Below are positions 41,351 through 52,126 of a stretch of 64,000 bases of DNA, piece by piece (position 1 is the first letter of the stretch; each line of letters begins with the position of its first letter). The notes under the pieces were generated by a model that was not told the origin of the DNA, searched no databases, and saw only the letters and a program-made list of their open reading frames with translations. The stretch lies in NCBI GenBank assembly GCA_905233475.1, contig CAJOEN010000001.1:62413-126412 (forward strand), in the 5' to 3' direction. Source of the stretch: an uncultured Bacteroidales bacterium. Lineage in GTDB: Bacteria > Bacteroidota > Bacteroidia > Bacteroidales > P3. A program made the position numbers and the translations under genes.

Positions 41351-41390
41351 AAACAGCGGACATCGGCTTGTGCGCCAATGTCCGCAAAAA
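41350..41390. terminator. terminator hairpin between yidD and the HIT gene
   Basis: GCGGACAT.GGC / GCC.ATGTCCGC stem between convergent genes. Confidence 0.65.
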
Positions 41391-41418
41391 ATCGACTAAA
41401 TTTCTAAACTAACTTATA

Positions 41419-41814
41419 CTACTCCATAGCAGCCGAAATTTTGGCCGCAAGTTCTTTAAACTCTTCCGGTGTAAGTTTCACACGCTCTTTCTCGAAACTC
41501 AAATCCCCACCCTTGTTTATAGGCGCAAGATGTATATGTGCATGTGGGACATCTATTCCTACCACCGCCACACCTATCTTAACACACGGCACAACCTTTT
41601 TCAGGGCCAGAGCCACTTTTTTGCTAAACAGGTGCAATTTAACGAACAAATCATCGTCAATATCGAAAATATAATCCACCTCTTTTTTCGGAATCACCAG
41701 CACATGCCCGTAGGCTATGGGCGACACGTCCAGAAAAGCGAGACATTCGTCGGTTTCGGCAACCTTGTAGCACGGAATTTCACCGGCAACTATCTTTGAA
41801 AATATCGAAGCCAT
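41419..41814 (-). CDS. HIT family hydrolase
   Basis: SIFSKIVAGEIP, GHVLVIPK, VPHAHIHL. Confidence 0.93.
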   Translation of the reverse strand: MASIFSKIVAGEIPCYKVAETDECLAFLDVSPIAYGHVLVIPKKEVDYIFDIDDDLFVKLHLFSKKVALALKKVVPCVKIGVAVVGIDVPHAHIHLAPINKGGDLSFEKERVKLTPEEFKELAAKISAAME

Positions 41815-41844
41815 AACAATTCTATTTTACTTATTTTACGACAT

Positions 41845-42318
41845 TTAACGTTCCACGGAAAGTATCTCGAAATTCATTACGCCAGCAGGTACGGATACCT
41901 CTACAATATCGCCAACCTTTTTACCCAAAAAAGCCTTGGCAAAAGGCGACGACACCGATATTTTTCCCTTCTTAACATCGGCCTCACTCTCAGGCACAAT
42001 GTGAAAAGTCTGTTTCAGTTTGGTTTTTGTGTTGCGTATCTCCATTTTCGACAGCAACAGTATTTTCGAGACATCCAATTTTGATTCGTCGAGCAGGCGT
42101 GCGTTAGCTATCAAATCCTGCAATTTGGAGATACGCGCTTCGAGCAAGCCTTGAGCCTCTTTTGCAGCATCGTACTCGGCATTCTCCGACAAATCACCTT
42201 TGTCGCGAGCCTCGGCAATAGCAGCCGAAGCTGCCGGACGCTCTTTGGTTATCAGTGTGTTAAGTTCGTCTTTCAGTTTCTGAAGACCTTCGGCACTATA
42301 GTATTTAATTTCTCCCAT
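41845..42318 (-). CDS. greA: transcription elongation factor GreA
   Basis: IAEARDKGDLSENAEYDAAKE, ISV.SP.AKA.LGK. Confidence 0.96.
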   Translation of the reverse strand: MGEIKYYSAEGLQKLKDELNTLITKERPAASAAIAEARDKGDLSENAEYDAAKEAQGLLEARISKLQDLIANARLLDESKLDVSKILLLSKMEIRNTKTKLKQTFHIVPESEADVKKGKISVSSPFAKAFLGKKVGDIVEVSVPAGVMNFEILSVER

Positions 42319-42396
42319 GATTATTTTATTTTCTCAAATAATTTATATAAACAAAAACTATCGCCATTTTTTCTCGAAATGACAAATTTTTATTTA

Positions 42397-42436
42397 AACA
42401 TTTAGGAAAGACCCGTAAGAGTCTTTCCTAAATGTT
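42397..42436 (-). terminator. strong hairpin closing the TBDR/T9SS/PorV operon
   Basis: perfect 16-bp stem AACATTTAGGAAAGAC / GTCTTTCCTAAATGTT. Confidence 0.75.
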
Positions 42437-42460
42437 CTTTATTTCAACAATAAATACCGT

Positions 42461-43549
42461 TTATAAATTTATTGCAACTCCTATAGAGTGTGAGCCACTG
42501 AAAGGATTTGCGGCACGGTATGAATAATCTATCTTTAAAGTAGGTACGCTGGTATTGGTATTGCCCTCACGCTTTTTTTTCATCAGCGGTATAGCTACCG
42601 AAGCACCTGCTGAAGGTCCCGTAAAGGCCGTAACACGGTCGTCGGAACTCCACAAGCCGCTCTGGAATGTGTAGCCAGCTCTCAGTTGAACAATATTAAA
42701 GATGGAGTATTCCAAACCAAGTTTGTAATCGTCGCGCAAAAAGGCGTTAGATGTAAAACTTGCAGCCACTGTCAGACGTTGATCATAGGTGTCGAAAAGG
42801 AAATCGTAAGCACCGCCTATGTTCAGACATGTCGGCATCTCGAAAGAAGCGGAACGTGTTACATAAGTCGAGGTAACATTTTGGTCATTGACAAGTGTCA
42901 AGGACATACCGTCTCCACCTAAACTCATAGGCGTACCTACGTTTTTCAAAGCGATACCGAATTTGATGTTATCGTCGGCACCGGTTACATACTGGATACC
43001 TGCGTCGATAGCCACACCTGTTCCCGAAACGTTGTCGGTGCTCTCGGTGATAACCTTGACATTGATACCACCACGAATACTCGAACTGAATTTGTGTGCA
43101 TACGAAGCGTTGATGTTCATCAGTGTCGGCGAGAAAGTACCGTTGGCACCTTGTTCGGGACTACCTACCGTAGTGATGGGTATGTCGCCAAAACTCATGG
43201 ACACAACCGACAGGCCAAGTACGCCACGTTGTCCCACGGGCTGTCCCAAACCGAAAGCGTTGATAGTTCCGCCGTATCCGCCGAACCATTGTGTGTTTGT
43301 GTACATCACCTCTGTTTTGTTCAGGAATGTAAGACCTGCAACATTAGTAAACAAAGCGTCGATACCTATTCCGTTGGCGGTGTTTACTCCACCCCATCCG
43401 GAACTTCTTGCCCACGGGTTTATAAGCAACTCGTTAGCACCTGCCGTACCTCTGCGGTCGTCGTTGCCAGCAAAAGCCGCACTAACCGACAACAGAGACA
43501 CAAGCGAAACCATGACTAATATTCTATATCTGTTTTTCATCTTCATCAT
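42461..43549 (-). CDS. PorV/PorQ-family outer membrane beta-barrel
   Basis: signal peptide; GTAGA.ELLINP.ARSSG.GG N-terminal motif; alternating beta strands; DYSY...GSH.IG C-terminus. Confidence 0.8.
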   Translation of the reverse strand: MMKMKNRYRILVMVSLVSLLSVSAAFAGNDDRRGTAGANELLINPWARSSGWGGVNTANGIGIDALFTNVAGLTFLNKTEVMYTNTQWFGGYGGTINAFGLGQPVGQRGVLGLSVVSMSFGDIPITTVGSPEQGANGTFSPTLMNINASYAHKFSSSIRGGINVKVITESTDNVSGTGVAIDAGIQYVTGADDNIKFGIALKNVGTPMSLGGDGMSLTLVNDQNVTSTYVTRSASFEMPTCLNIGGAYDFLFDTYDQRLTVAASFTSNAFLRDDYKLGLEYSIFNIVQLRAGYTFQSGLWSSDDRVTAFTGPSAGASVAIPLMKKKREGNTNTSVPTLKIDYSYRAANPFSGSHSIGVAINL

Positions 43550-43589
43550 ATTTTAAATATTAAATATCAACATTCTCTGCTACTAATTA

Positions 43590-46500
43590 TTATTTGAATG
43601 AGTTCAAATCAACGGGACGCATTGTGCCAAACCATTTGATAACCCTTTCGCCTATGCCCGGTACCGATACATGTATCAGATACATACCACCTGCGATAGG
43701 TATTCCTATATGGTTTTTCAAATCCCAATCAAGAGTGTAGCCTCTGTCGGCATTGCCCGCGTCGGTTGGCGATGGTCCCAATTTACGTACCAAAGTTCCG
43801 TCAACTGTGTAGATGGAGATTTTTGAGTTGGCCGGCAGATTTACAATTCTAACCCTGCTATCCAACTGGCTCGAAGTCTCGTATTCCGAAGAGCTGTAGT
43901 AGGGGTTGGGGACAACAGTGATATTGTCAAGCAATGTCTGTTTGTCCATACGGCCTCCTGCTTGGTTGGTAAGGGTAATCAAATCGTCGGTCATTTCGAA
44001 CATATACATGGGGTTGTTGGCGTTCTGCAATGTCTTGCCCACTTGTGAAGGAGCTGTTTGGTTAGGACTGTAGTACATGGAATACGGACGTCTAACCGAA
44101 ATGTCGATGGTTACATCGCAAGGTATGTCCTTAGGATTGTCGAACATAAACTTGGAGGATACCATAGGCATGCTTACCCAAGCCACACTTGAGAAGAGCA
44201 GAGCCGCAGAGTCACGTGCCGGACGTACATATTGGTCGTTTTCGCCAAGAAGCAGGCCACCGCAGTATGCCATGTAGGAAGAATTGTCTTTTATGTTCAT
44301 CAGACGGTCTAAGGATTCGAGCATACGTGCAGCCCAAACACCGCCATCATACGAAGGTGTCTTGTAGTATCGAGCTACTATATTATCCGAGTTTCTCGAA
44401 ATGTCGATGAAAGGTTGGTTGTTGGATTTAAGGATATAAATGAAGTGGCCACCACCCATAACGTAGTTCTGGGTTCCGTCCATAAGCGTGCTTACCGGAT
44501 TCCACATCATATCTCTACCGTTGTGCTGTACATAACGAGAGTCTTCACCAAACATGATATTCAGACGTTCGCCAGTCTCCACATCAATTGCATAGCCCGG
44601 GAACCAGCCCATACCATATTTTCTGTCGTATGTGGTGTCGATATTACCATTCTTATCAACAGAATAGGCTTTTCTCATTTGGAAACGCAAAGCATTGCCT
44701 TCAGACTGTGTCGGGTCATCGCACATTTCCAAAACAGGACAGCGAGTCCATTTCGACTGGTCGGCAGTAATAACTATGTGTACACTTGGAGTGTTGGCAA
44801 GGTCATTGTAGTTCAAAGATTTGTTATGGTACTGAACTTGAAGTTTTCTTCTCAGATAGTTACGTGATTTGTAAAGCATAGCCAAAGGAGCCGAACGTTT
44901 GCGCAACGAATCGAAACGGCTTTCGGGAGCCACGTAATACATAAAGGAGAATCCCGGATGATACTGTCTTGTGGAAACCAAACCGTAAGGAGCCCAAAGT
45001 CCGCCCAAAACATTTTCAAATACACTGTATTTGTCTATGGCAAAACTTTCGGGACGGCCAAGAACCAACTCCTGATATTTGTAATAGTCTCCGTCAAGAT
45101 AAGGTTCGTTTCCGGTGAAATCACTTGTGTCGCCACCACCAGCGAAAGCGGCCCTGTCGCCCTCTGTGAACTGAGCACCTGATCTTATCCAATTGTAAAC
45201 AGGCGAAGCGTCATAGTCGGGAATACCAGAAAGCCATTGCTTGTAGGGATCGGCAAACGACATTGTCGATGACAGCAGAGCGTCTTTATTAACGATACCG
45301 CCAAGGATATTTCTACCATTCAGTACAACCTCGTTAGCAACAGGAGCTACATTGGTTATACCAACAGCAATACCCAAATCAAGGAAGAGTTGTTCGTTAA
45401 AACGACCTATTGTAAAGTCGGAAGTGTCCACGTAAACAGGATTTCCGGAACCGTCTGTGTATATGGGTTCGCCATCCACACGCGATATTGTCCAACGAGC
45501 GTCGTCGCCAACACCATTGAAACGGATGTAGAATTTACCCGGTTTAACATTCAGAGGATCAACAATAGTTACATTGAGCGGACCGTGATTTTCCTTGTAT
45601 GTCGGGTTGGGGATTATACAGGGATCTTCCATTCTCTCGTTCATACCGGAGCGAACAAATTTTCCTGCAGGTTTACCCTCTTCGCCTTTGGCACCCATGA
45701 GCTCCTCAATCGAAGCGTCGGTAAGTTGCAGTGTTATACCGCCATTGCCGTAACCTTCGATACGGGTTATAACAGGTGAAGTGCCGTAGCTAGCTTGTAT
45801 AATGGTACCGCCATTTTCAGCAGAAACAATGTGAGGTATGGCCTTAACAGGTTTTATCTCCTGCTTCCATTCGTTCTGACGACCAGCAAGATACGGGGTC
45901 TTCTGTCCGTCCAGTTTGGAAGCGTCGGATGGAGAGTATTCTTTATAGCGGTTGTGAGCGTAAGCTATCGCAACAAAATAATATTCCTTGTTGTTTACAA
46001 GTTTTGTATTTGTTCCGTTTGCAAACGCGTCAGTTGCAATTCTTATAGAGTGTCTGATACCGGTATTGGAACCCGTTACCATAACTTTCGGTGCAATTGA
46101 ACCTATGGCATTGTCTCTCTCGTAATTTACCAATGTACCAATAGGCAGGGTTTTGTCGGCATCATAATAGTTTTCTATATCGCACTGATAAACCAAACGA
46201 GCTTTTGTATCGTCGCCTATGTCGGCTACAGAAGCGTTGGCATCTCTCAGCTGATAAACCTGATAACCTTCGAATTTGTAAGTTCTCTGCTCTGTTGTAT
46301 AGGTTCTAATTTCAGTAACAGCCGAACCATTTATTATGGTATCATGAGAATAAGTTGTCGGAATTGAGGGATCAATTTCGGCAAAGGATTCGGGAATTCC
46401 GTTTTTATTGTTGTTGGATTCGGTGTTCTCGTATGAAAGATAGAGTATTACCTCGTTGGAGAGTTCCTGAACAGTAACTGTAGGAGCCTCGGGGCCAGAC

Positions 46501-48401
46501 AGAATCTTGAAACAGTTCTCGAACAGAGACTGACATTTGTCATCTATCTGACGGAGAAGTTCCACTGAAGACCATGCGTTGCCCGAAGTGGCCTGTGCAA
46601 AAGGAATACCTACAGTAATGTAGTTTATAGCACCCGGATTAAGGGTGAAGGGTCCTGCCGACTGCATAAAACGGCGGTCGCCTATTGCGTTGCTTGTACC
46701 GCCTTCAGCGGCATTCTTCTCTGTCCATTGGAATCCCGGATCTTCACCGTTGGTTCCCCAGTTCCAAGGATCGCTATCGCCCGGGAACATAAAGTCGCAT
46801 TCCAAAGCGTCTGCACCGCTGTTGATACCATTCTTACCGAAAGTCATACGCGAACCGTCTTTCCAATAGCCTCTCAAATAATAGTAATAGTCTGTAGCTT
46901 TTCCAGGTTCACTGTTGGGACCGCTTGTGCTGTTGTTATAATATACGAAACGGCGCATACCGAAACGTTCGTCATCAACAATACCGTTTCCGAAATTAAC
47001 ACCATTGATAGCACAGTTGCCCACAATATCATCCTTTTGGAAATACCAAGCGTTTATGTAGGCCTCAGCGTTCTCGGTCAATTGTATTGTGTCGTATCCG
47101 GCAAAAGCACCGGTTGAATCATAGATTTCATAGTCGGCCAATGCCCTTTCGTAATAGACTCTCATTTTACTGATGTCGATTTTGGGATTGTCCTTTCCGT
47201 CGGGATCCATGTAAGGACCTTGGAAGAAGTCGATACCAACTGCCGGAGGTATGCCGCTATAGGAGCCTGTTCCGGGACCATCGACATCCTTGCCGTTGTA
47301 GCAGTATCCCAAACCACGTTTCACATCACATCCCACATAGTCGTCGTGAGAATATCCCAAATCCGGATCAACCCACTGGCTGAAATAAGTGTTTTTCAAA
47401 GTATAGGAAGAGCGGTTGATGATTTCGTAGGTGTAGAAAGTCATGTTGTTGATTTCGTCGTTGGTGGCAAAAGCGAAAGCCTGAGCTCTGATTTCGAGAC
47501 CAATTTGTTCGCCTTTGGATTCGGTATGGGAGTTACCCATATCATTGAACACCCACCAAATTGTTTGGTCGCCTTTCAGCACTTGGTCCGAAAGAATACC
47601 TCCGGTGATTTCCTGACCGCCAGTACCCCAAGTTTTTTCCATTGTGGGTGTAGGCTCATATTTTTCACCGGGTTTCAATGCTGCTTTCAGTGTTTTAGGA
47701 CACAGAACGTTATCGAAATCATAATAAGGATAGTCTCCGTTTTCCCAATGGTATTCACCATCGTTATCGGCATCATAGAAAGGTGCTAAATATTTGGACT
47801 GCTTCATTGCTGTGTTGCCGTGTGCAGGCCAGTTTTTGATAACGTCGGGAACGAGGGACTCATCGTAAGAGTCGTTCTTGGTAACCGAGCGGTTGCCTTG
47901 TTCATCCTCCTCATAGTTGAACATCGACATAAAGGTCGATACTTCGGCTTGGGTTATCTTATAATGCTTGTCGTATTCGTTACAAACTTCGGCGGAAATG
48001 GAAGCCGTTCCATCAACTGTAAGAGGACCCGGCCAGTAGTCGTTACCTTCGCTACCGAAACGCAGTGCGGCTATACGCAATTGGTCGTCCACGTCGGTAC
48101 CACCAATCCATAATGCGGCACAGAACATTGCTGTGGAAGTTCCGTCCTTAGGAATGTTGTATTTTGCCAAACTACCGTCGTACCACATATTACCGTAAGC
48201 GTTTATAAGCGCCCTAACGTTGTTTACATTCAATTCTGCGGAACTCTGCGCTCTTTTACATGCCGCAGCTTTCTCCTGCAGTTTCAAACGATTGGCTTTG
48301 GTCTTGTGGCGTTCCCACTCGCAATCGCGGGCCAATGCCGTTCCGAAAAGAGACATGCAAATGAATGCAACTAATCCCGATTTTAAAAATATATTTTTCA
48401 T
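43590..48401 (-). CDS. very large exported protein with T9SS-type C-terminal sorting domain
   Basis: signal peptide; C-terminal ITVVPNPY...NLP...ISIYTVDGTLVRKL...WDLKN..G.PIA.G.YLIHV. Confidence 0.82.
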   Translation of the reverse strand: MKNIFLKSGLVAFICMSLFGTALARDCEWERHKTKANRLKLQEKAAACKRAQSSAELNVNNVRALINAYGNMWYDGSLAKYNIPKDGTSTAMFCAALWIGGTDVDDQLRIAALRFGSEGNDYWPGPLTVDGTASISAEVCNEYDKHYKITQAEVSTFMSMFNYEEDEQGNRSVTKNDSYDESLVPDVIKNWPAHGNTAMKQSKYLAPFYDADNDGEYHWENGDYPYYDFDNVLCPKTLKAALKPGEKYEPTPTMEKTWGTGGQEITGGILSDQVLKGDQTIWWVFNDMGNSHTESKGEQIGLEIRAQAFAFATNDEINNMTFYTYEIINRSSYTLKNTYFSQWVDPDLGYSHDDYVGCDVKRGLGYCYNGKDVDGPGTGSYSGIPPAVGIDFFQGPYMDPDGKDNPKIDISKMRVYYERALADYEIYDSTGAFAGYDTIQLTENAEAYINAWYFQKDDIVGNCAINGVNFGNGIVDDERFGMRRFVYYNNSTSGPNSEPGKATDYYYYLRGYWKDGSRMTFGKNGINSGADALECDFMFPGDSDPWNWGTNGEDPGFQWTEKNAAEGGTSNAIGDRRFMQSAGPFTLNPGAINYITVGIPFAQATSGNAWSSVELLRQIDDKCQSLFENCFKILSGPEAPTVTVQELSNEVILYLSYENTESNNNKNGIPESFAEIDPSIPTTYSHDTIINGSAVTEIRTYTTEQRTYKFEGYQVYQLRDANASVADIGDDTKARLVYQCDIENYYDADKTLPIGTLVNYERDNAIGSIAPKVMVTGSNTGIRHSIRIATDAFANGTNTKLVNNKEYYFVAIAYAHNRYKEYSPSDASKLDGQKTPYLAGRQNEWKQEIKPVKAIPHIVSAENGGTIIQASYGTSPVITRIEGYGNGGITLQLTDASIEELMGAKGEEGKPAGKFVRSGMNERMEDPCIIPNPTYKENHGPLNVTIVDPLNVKPGKFYIRFNGVGDDARWTISRVDGEPIYTDGSGNPVYVDTSDFTIGRFNEQLFLDLGIAVGITNVAPVANEVVLNGRNILGGIVNKDALLSSTMSFADPYKQWLSGIPDYDASPVYNWIRSGAQFTEGDRAAFAGGGDTSDFTGNEPYLDGDYYKYQELVLGRPESFAIDKYSVFENVLGGLWAPYGLVSTRQYHPGFSFMYYVAPESRFDSLRKRSAPLAMLYKSRNYLRRKLQVQYHNKSLNYNDLANTPSVHIVITADQSKWTRCPVLEMCDDPTQSEGNALRFQMRKAYSVDKNGNIDTTYDRKYGMGWFPGYAIDVETGERLNIMFGEDSRYVQHNGRDMMWNPVSTLMDGTQNYVMGGGHFIYILKSNNQPFIDISRNSDNIVARYYKTPSYDGGVWAARMLESLDRLMNIKDNSSYMAYCGGLLLGENDQYVRPARDSAALLFSSVAWVSMPMVSSKFMFDNPKDIPCDVTIDISVRRPYSMYYSPNQTAPSQVGKTLQNANNPMYMFEMTDDLITLTNQAGGRMDKQTLLDNITVVPNPYYSSSEYETSSQLDSRVRIVNLPANSKISIYTVDGTLVRKLGPSPTDAGNADRGYTLDWDLKNHIGIPIAGGMYLIHVSVPGIGERVIKWFGTMRPVDLNSFK

Positions 48402-48435
48402 CTTTACCTTTTTTTTCAATTTATATACCTATACC

Positions 48436-51400
48436 TTAAAATTGATAAGTCAAACCAACTTTTATGTACCTCGGTCTCGTGTAGTTGTAATTGCTGTTCG
48501 ACAACATAATTGTGTACAAATCTCTATAAGACTGAGGATCCAAATAAGAATCTATCATATTCTGAGTTTCCGGATCTGTAAGATAGCCGTTGTCCTCGGG
48601 GTTGCCGGTTACTGGGAACACAGCTGCTATGTTCTTTATATTGAAAACGTTTGTAACAGTAACGGCGAGAATAAGATTGGTTTCTCTGTTCTTAACCTTT
48701 ATAGGCCAGTGTTTATCAACAACCATGTCGAAATAGAAGCCCCAAGGCAGACGCGCTCCGTTATAGCTTCCCACAATGGTGGGCTGCATATTGCTGTAGC
48801 GTCTTGTATATGGACGACCTGACTGGGCTACGGCGATCATGTTTACGCCGAAATTCTGCAAGGGGTACAAATTCTTAACGCGGTCGTTGCCATCTTTATC
48901 TTTGGTTTTGCGGGCAATATCCGGACCTTCTTTTGCGTTGAATCTGTAGTCAAGGTTTACTTTCAACTCATGGCGACGGTCATCCCAAATGGGGTTCAGG
49001 AGCTTCAGAGTGGAGTAACCTTCCTTGATGAGTTCCTGCATTGTTGATGAGGGAAGACCTGTACCTTCAGCGTATTGAAGAGTATAGTTGGCATTGATTC
49101 TCATGTTTTTGGTTGTACGCATATCATAGGACAAGGACAGACCTTTTACAGTTTTGAAATCCAAATTGTCCCAAGAGTAGTAGTTGGGGTTGGGGTCGGC
49201 ACCGGCATATTGAACAAGTTGTATAAGGTTACGAGTTTCCTTATAGTATGCGGTAATGGTGATAGCCGAAGTTTTTGTCAGCATTTGCTGCAATCCCAAT
49301 TCATAGTTGGTGATTTTTTCGGGTTTAAGGTTGGGGTTGCTCACCGATGTTTGCTGTGTCATATACAAGTATCCGAGATAGTTGGCCTGCCATCCGCTCG
49401 ACGGACGGTTGCAAATAATATCGTAACTTGCTTTGAATATAGAACTTTCACTAACAGGGAATGAGAAAGCTATACGCGGCATTGCAACAATTTGCGGTTC
49501 GTAATCCTTGAAAGCTCCCACAGACGGGGTATTGCTTTGATAAGATTTCTGAGCATCGGCTTTTCTGAATGGGGTAGGTCTTCCTGCGGCACCTTTAACA
49601 TCGTTGGGGTCAGCTGTTTCAACACCATCGGCGGTGTACCAAGTGGAACCGTTACGGAAACCTGTTATTGTCGGATTTGAAGATGAGGGGTCATCAACAT
49701 AAACAACCCAGTCTTCGCCTGCACCCGAAGGTATGTTACCGGAATAAGTAACACCGCTCAACTCGCCAACTGTGTAAGACTCATAAAGCAGGTATGGGTC
49801 TTTCAGAACCATTTGGTTACCATCGAAACGGTCAACACGCACACCTACATTGAATATCAGGTCTTGGAACTCAAATTGGTCTTGAATGTATCCTGCCATG
49901 TATATCGGGGAGAAAGCTCCGAGTTTTCTGTCGGGACTGTTGAAGAAACTTTCCAAAGATTGTTTTCCTTTCAAACGATTTCCTCTATGGTCGTAACCGT
50001 AGTAGGATACAATGGCATTACCGTCGTTGAACATCTCGTCGGCGGAAAGCATATCCAATGAGAACCAGTTGGGGTCGTACATATCTACATCAAGCCAATC
50101 GGTGCTGTTTACAGGCAGCCCGAGTTTTGCACGCATAGCCCTGTCGAAATAAGTCTGGCTGGCAGCATCGTATTTGCGGTCGTAGTTTACTATAACATAT
50201 TGTCCGGATTGGTCAATGATAGGATTGTCGAGATCAAGCTGGCTGATATGTGCATTGGCCGACTGCCTCATGATTGTCCACAATGAAGAGGGAGCCAACG
50301 AGTATGAATAGCTTGTGGATTGGTCGTATTGGAAACCGAGTTCCAAAGCATGTTTCTTAATAGTTGCGGAAACTTTAGCTTGGAAATACACATAGTCAGT
50401 CAAAGATTTTCCGTAAGAGGAATAAGGTCTTCCGACACTATAAAACAAGCCGTAAATTGACTGCGGGAATTGTCCGTTGATAAGTCCCTTGTAAGCCTGT
50501 ATATTGTTGTAGTTTATCAAAAGATTGCTTATGTCGCTCATGCCATAGAGTTGCGAGGTATATTTCGCCAACAAGGGGTTGTAGGGCGACGGTGTGAATA
50601 TTACAGCTGTATCCATCCAGTTGGACTGAATTTTTGCAACCTGTTCAATACCATCTACATTGAAAGTACCTGTTGTATAGGTACGCATCTTTCTTGTTTC
50701 AAAAGTTCCCACGTGTCCGTATTTGAAAACGTCATCGCCAAAATCCTGATTGTAGCTCTTTGTCCAAACGCGGTTGAACATACCAGTGATATTGTACATT
50801 ACCTTTGTTATGAGCGACGAAGATTTTGCTGCCGGCATTGTAGCGTCGCCGCTGGCCGGTTTCTTATCGGGGAAATTCTGAGTAAAGTCAGCTGTTATAG
50901 AGAAGTTCTGATAGTCGTATGTTCCATGTGTACCTAGGTTCAACGGGAAGTATGCCACATCGGTTTGTGCGGAGCGGTTGAACATATAGTCGGCGGAAAT
51001 CTGCAAAGTGGCATTATCCGAGAAACGTATGTCGAGGCCACCCTCAACGTAAGCGCGGTAAGCAGGCATTCCACCTTTGTAGCGCACTGTCTCAAAATCG
51101 CTTTCACGCAGATATTCTGCACTGTAATTCACAGCACCCGTAAGCGGGTCATAAACGATAGGTTCATTCTCTATCCTTTCGCGGACATCATCTTTTACAA
51201 CCTGATACAGGTATCCGTTACGACGGTAATATTGGTCGAACTGATAACGCAAAACACCTGTGAGACGGAATCCCACAATAGTTTTTTCAGCCTTGGATTC
51301 GGTGGCTTTGGATTTCAAAATCGGGCCTGTAAGGTAGAAAGTAAGGTCGTTGAAAAATCTGTAGTCGAGATATGTTTCATAACGTACCATACCGTTGAAT

Positions 51401-52089
51401 TTGTTTGCTGGCGGTTTGAGGGTGATAACCTGTGCACCGCCAATGGCCTCACCATAGCGTGCCGGCGTACCGCTCAATATCACTTGGATTTCGGCTATAG
51501 CTTCCTTGGGGACATACACACCTGATTTTTTACGTATTCCTCCCACATAGGTAGCCATACCTTCTTCTTGACCACGGGTAGTACCTACGCCGCCGTCCTG
51601 ATAACCTACACCTGCAACAGTGGCAACAGCAGACTCGATGGAGCTACCGGGCATACGTTCAAGGTCTTTGGATGACATACGCTGTCCGCCTTCAGGTGAA
51701 CCCTTGTCTATCAGAGGCACCTTCGACTTTTTAATAACCACTGTTTTCATAGTTTTGGAGGCTTCCTCCATTTTGATAGTGTCAGCGTAAGAAGAACCAC
51801 TCGCCTTAACATTGACGCCCTCCAATTTAACAGAAGTAAATCCAATATAGGATGCTTCAATGTCGTAGGAGCCGGCAGCCAATGGCGTTATAGCATACAA
51901 ACCATTGAAATCGGTAGTGGCGCCTCCGCGCATCTCTCCGTTCTGTCTGACAACGACATTGACAAATGGTTCCGGTTGATTAGTTTTGGCATTTATAACT
52001 ACCCCCCTAAGGGTTCCTTGTCCGAAAGCCAAAACACTGGTTGCCAAAAGCAACCCAAATGTCATCAGTACTTTTTTAAACATACTCAT
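48436..52089 (-). CDS. TonB-dependent receptor with N-terminal carboxypeptidase-regulatory-like domain
   Basis: signal peptide, G.TTDFNG.Y.I..L..G.Y, plug-like PARYG...GG, NVGVRVD.FD, NPNLKPEK..NYELG, terminal Phe. Confidence 0.85.
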   Translation of the reverse strand: MSMFKKVLMTFGLLLATSVLAFGQGTLRGVVINAKTNQPEPFVNVVVRQNGEMRGGATTDFNGLYAITPLAAGSYDIEASYIGFTSVKLEGVNVKASGSSYADTIKMEEASKTMKTVVIKKSKVPLIDKGSPEGGQRMSSKDLERMPGSSIESAVATVAGVGYQDGGVGTTRGQEEGMATYVGGIRKKSGVYVPKEAIAEIQVILSGTPARYGEAIGGAQVITLKPPANKFNGMVRYETYLDYRFFNDLTFYLTGPILKSKATESKAEKTIVGFRLTGVLRYQFDQYYRRNGYLYQVVKDDVRERIENEPIVYDPLTGAVNYSAEYLRESDFETVRYKGGMPAYRAYVEGGLDIRFSDNATLQISADYMFNRSAQTDVAYFPLNLGTHGTYDYQNFSITADFTQNFPDKKPASGDATMPAAKSSSLITKVMYNITGMFNRVWTKSYNQDFGDDVFKYGHVGTFETRKMRTYTTGTFNVDGIEQVAKIQSNWMDTAVIFTPSPYNPLLAKYTSQLYGMSDISNLLINYNNIQAYKGLINGQFPQSIYGLFYSVGRPYSSYGKSLTDYVYFQAKVSATIKKHALELGFQYDQSTSYSYSLAPSSLWTIMRQSANAHISQLDLDNPIIDQSGQYVIVNYDRKYDAASQTYFDRAMRAKLGLPVNSTDWLDVDMYDPNWFSLDMLSADEMFNDGNAIVSYYGYDHRGNRLKGKQSLESFFNSPDRKLGAFSPIYMAGYIQDQFEFQDLIFNVGVRVDRFDGNQMVLKDPYLLYESYTVGELSGVTYSGNIPSGAGEDWVVYVDDPSSSNPTITGFRNGSTWYTADGVETADPNDVKGAAGRPTPFRKADAQKSYQSNTPSVGAFKDYEPQIVAMPRIAFSFPVSESSIFKASYDIICNRPSSGWQANYLGYLYMTQQTSVSNPNLKPEKITNYELGLQQMLTKTSAITITAYYKETRNLIQLVQYAGADPNPNYYSWDNLDFKTVKGLSLSYDMRTTKNMRINANYTLQYAEGTGLPSSTMQELIKEGYSTLKLLNPIWDDRRHELKVNLDYRFNAKEGPDIARKTKDKDGNDRVKNLYPLQNFGVNMIAVAQSGRPYTRRYSNMQPTIVGSYNGARLPWGFYFDMVVDKHWPIKVKNRETNLILAVTVTNVFNIKNIAAVFPVTGNPEDNGYLTDPETQNMIDSYLDPQSYRDLYTIMLSNSNYNYTRPRYIKVGLTYQF

Positions 52090-52126
52090 CTAATTTACAT
52101 TTAAATAACCTATCTATTTTTCTTTA

